This document shows, one piece after another, positions 61,353 to 64,000 of a stretch of 64,000 bases of DNA (its first letter is position 1; each line of letters starts with the position of its first letter). The notes under the pieces were generated by a model, which was given only the letters and a program-made list of their open reading frames with translations, had not been told where the DNA came from and searched no databases. The translations under genes and the position numbers were made by a program. The stretch is taken from positions 128,001-192,000 of the forward strand of contig CAVYKI010000012.1 in assembly GCA_963769025.1 (NCBI GenBank). The letters are read 5' to 3'. The stretch is from an uncultured Verrucomicrobiae bacterium (GTDB lineage: Bacteria; Verrucomicrobiota; Verrucomicrobiia; Chthoniobacterales; Chthoniobacteraceae).

Positions 61353-61828
61353 GGGTTTCGGGTCGCAGGAAGTCCCGTCGATTGCAAGGAGCGAAATCAC
61401 CCGACGACACAGCGTCGCGAACCCGGAAATGACGCTGACTTTTGGACGTCACCGTCGGGCCGTCCTCCTCCGCAAACACGGCTGAAACAGCCGGGGAAGC
61501 GCCCAAATACGAAAGGGAAAACAAATGAACGCCTTTCTGCCCTGATTGCTCCACGCCAGCATGACCTTCCTCGTTGACTTGCCCTCCCGGGAGAAAGACA
61601 AGAACGGCATGCACTCCATGTTCACGCGCGTTGATCCCCTTCCGCATCGTCCTTTTTGAATTGTTTTGGAAATTTTGAACATGATTTCTCCGAGTTTCGG
61701 CGGGGAGCGGAACACGGCCGGACACCGGAACCACGAGGCCAGTCGCGTGGTCAAAGCGCCACACACCCGCATGGTCCGCCAACCGCTCGCGGAAGTTGAA
61801 CCGCCCAAAAGTGCCGGAAACACCGCCG

Positions 61829-64000
61829 ATGGACGACGGTAGCAATCCACCCAATGATTCGCAGCCACCGCCCGGCCCGTTGGAGCGGCTGGCCGAGGAC
61901 TTTGAAAAGAGTGCCCAATCGTGCACAGAGCCCGGAAAGGCATGCGCGACGAAAGAACAGCAGGCCGCCGCCTTCCATCGTGCCGCATTGCTGCTTCGAG
62001 CTGAGATAAGCCGGCGCGCGAATCGGGCGCGTTACGTCGGCATTTTCCTGTGCTTCCTGGCCGCGATCTTGGCCGGCCGGTTGATCTACCAGCAGTGGCG
62101 CGCGTCAGAGCCTGATTATTCGAGGACGCTTTCGGTCGAAGTGTCATCCCCCGGACATCGGTATGTGGAGGTCTTCTGGAATGATCCCGATAAGTTTCCA
62201 GACGCGCGAACCGTTCTGACTCAAACCCCAGCCGCACGGCAGGACTGGAAAGTGAAAATTGAACTCCTTGCCGCCAAAAACCCTCGTTCGGCGGGCACCG
62301 TAACCACCCTCACGGGCATTTTCACGCCCGAGCAACACGTCGATCTTTCCGATCCGAAGATTCAGGCGGGCGCGTGGGCGTTTGCCAAGGATCCGTGGGC
62401 GGCATCAGGCCAAAGTCTCAGTGCGGTGCCTGATGGTACACCCCGGAGCATTTCGGCGGAACTCTCAGGTGGTCGGTTGACGATTGAGTTTTGGGAGAGT
62501 CCTTTCGGCGGAAAACTCAGGGTCGAGGCCAACGGACTATTGCACTACGTCGACACCTACAGTGTCGGCTATGCGCTCGGTCAGTTCCGCCTGCTTCCAA
62601 CCGTGCCTGCAGGTCGGGATTTTGTGCAGCATTCCGCGATCGTGAAGCTCGGACCGCAAAACTGGGACAGGCTCACATTTAAGACGGAAGGCGACACGGT
62701 TCCCGAGATCCGGCATGCGTTCATCGACGGGGAGGAATTGCAATCGGCCGGCCCCGGCACCTACCGGCTGCCAAAGCGCCTTCAGAAGGTGCGGCGAGCC
62801 GCGACGATCGCAGGATTCACCGCCGGGATTACTGTCCTGATGGCTGGACTCCTCGTCGTGAGACTATGGACGAACCGAAAGCGTTCCAAATGGGTCACCT
62901 TCAGCCTGCCATTGGTTCTCTCAATCGGAAGCGCCCTCCTGTGGACAGCCATTTTCAATCCCGGAAACGTCGACATCGACTCATGGAACCAATGGCTTCA
63001 AGGCCTGTGGAACAATTACCACACTTGGTACCCGCCGCTCATGGCGATGTTGATGCACGGGGTCCAGACGTTTGGTGGGAGCATGACCACGTATGCATTC
63101 ATTCAATCAGTCTTCCTCTGGCTGCCGATTTTCCTGATTCTTCGGGATACACTCGCCTCCAACCGCGCGTGGATTATCGGTTGCGCCTTATTTCTCCTCA
63201 ACCCCGCGCTTTGGACCTACAGCGTCACGGTCATGAAGGACGTGGGAACCGCTGCCACGGGGCTGTGGTCCATCTGGTTCTTTCTGCGCTATTTCCGGTC
63301 CCGCCGGCCTTGGGATTTTTGGTCGGCGGTATGGTGCTGTTCCCTGATGGTCGCCTTTCGGGTCAATAGCTTGCTGATCGTCATGGTACCCCTCGCCATA
63401 GTGCTCTTGGAAAAGCACCGCGGTATTCTTTGGAAGGCCGCCAAATGCCTCGCCGTGTTAATCCTCTGCCTTACACCAGACTGGCTCGCAAAGAATTCTC
63501 CAGTGGTTCACGGCAAGGCGAGCTTCTTCGGGCCGCTCTTCATGAGCAGTTATACAGGGATCGTCTCGAAACTCCCGGCGGACGGGGCGGAGTTCCGGTC
63601 CGAACAAGAGCGGTTTGACAGGATTTTTGGAGAGGGGAAACTGAGCGAATATATCGCCATCTACGATCCAAGGATTATCGTTGGCATCCTGACACCCTTG
63701 GGCGGGAAGCTGCCCCCGGTCCCGGTCCGGAAATTGGAAGAGGAACGAAGATTTATCCTTACGCGGACAGCATTGCTTGCGCTCCGGCATCCGGCGCTTT
63801 TCCTGACCCATAAATTAACCAATGCACAGGTCCTGTTTCAGTACCCGCAGCCATCTACCGGTGCGTTTGCACGGGGAGTGGTTGAGAACGATTTGGGAAT
63901 AATCGCCAACTCGCGATTCCCAGCATGGCGGCAACGGATCATTGAATTTGGCGTCTGGTGTACACAGCATACTCTGATATTCCATCACTACGTCGCACAG
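61829..64000 (+). CDS. Polytopic membrane protein, probable GT-C-fold transferase; runs off the window end; absent from the ORF track
   Basis: Manual translation shows no stop from 61685 to 64000. N-terminal TM, extracytoplasmic domain, then FNPGNVDIDSWNQWLQG..YHTWYPP, YSVTVMKDV, AFRVN, HPALFLTHK. Confidence 0.75.
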   Translation, partial: MDDGSNPPNDSQPPPGPLERLAEDFEKSAQSCTEPGKACATKEQQAAAFHRAALLLRAEISRRANRARYVGIFLCFLAAILAGRLIYQQWRASEPDYSRTLSVEVSSPGHRYVEVFWNDPDKFPDARTVLTQTPAARQDWKVKIELLAAKNPRSAGTVTTLTGIFTPEQHVDLSDPKIQAGAWAFAKDPWAASGQSLSAVPDGTPRSISAELSGGRLTIEFWESPFGGKLRVEANGLLHYVDTYSVGYALGQFRLLPTVPAGRDFVQHSAIVKLGPQNWDRLTFKTEGDTVPEIRHAFIDGEELQSAGPGTYRLPKRLQKVRRAATIAGFTAGITVLMAGLLVVRLWTNRKRSKWVTFSLPLVLSIGSALLWTAIFNPGNVDIDSWNQWLQGLWNNYHTWYPPLMAMLMHGVQTFGGSMTTYAFIQSVFLWLPIFLILRDTLASNRAWIIGCALFLLNPALWTYSVTVMKDVGTAATGLWSIWFFLRYFRSRRPWDFWSAVWCCSLMVAFRVNSLLIVMVPLAIVLLEKHRGILWKAAKCLAVLILCLTPDWLAKNSPVVHGKASFFGPLFMSSYTGIVSKLPADGAEFRSEQERFDRIFGEGKLSEYIAIYDPRIIVGILTPLGGKLPPVPVRKLEEERRFILTRTALLALRHPALFLTHKLTNAQVLFQYPQPSTGAFARGVVENDLGIIANSRFPAWRQRIIEFGVWCTQHTLIFHHYVAQ

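Overview
GC-rich bacterial chromosomal window. The gene content (PSCyt/DUF1549-DUF1553, DUF1501, DUF1592/DUF1552, an SHD1 domain, Dop) points to the PVC superphylum, probably Verrucomicrobiota; this is inference. All family calls are by-eye motif recognition, with no searches run. From left to right: (1) GH10 xylanase, an isolated Pup/UBact-type depupylase (dop) and a beta-helix glycanase. (2) A ~10.3 kb segment bounded by two copies of the purB promoter and 5' end. It carries two near-identical autotransporter genes flanking an amino-sugar/glycosylation cassette, followed by purB. (3) The best candidate for an undescribed system: a six-gene minus-strand cluster (27716 to 19354). It encodes a small protein, a secreted/outer-membrane protein, a metacaspase, a lysozyme-like plus L,D-peptidase-like fusion, a lipase/macro-like/CHAT protease fusion and a translationally coupled EEP nuclease. 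Arg-x-Arg-Gly-like motifs recur in the interdomain linkers. (4) A decayed integron-integrase-like remnant next to a frameshift-rich PVC cytochrome/DUF cluster, which includes a duplicated gene and a truncated histidine kinase. (5) A GH63 glycosidase and a methyltransferase-rich surface-glycan locus with a 1791-aa multidomain enzyme. The many single-base frameshifts, including two in purB, look like long-read sequencing error. I found no rRNA, tRNA or CRISPR array.
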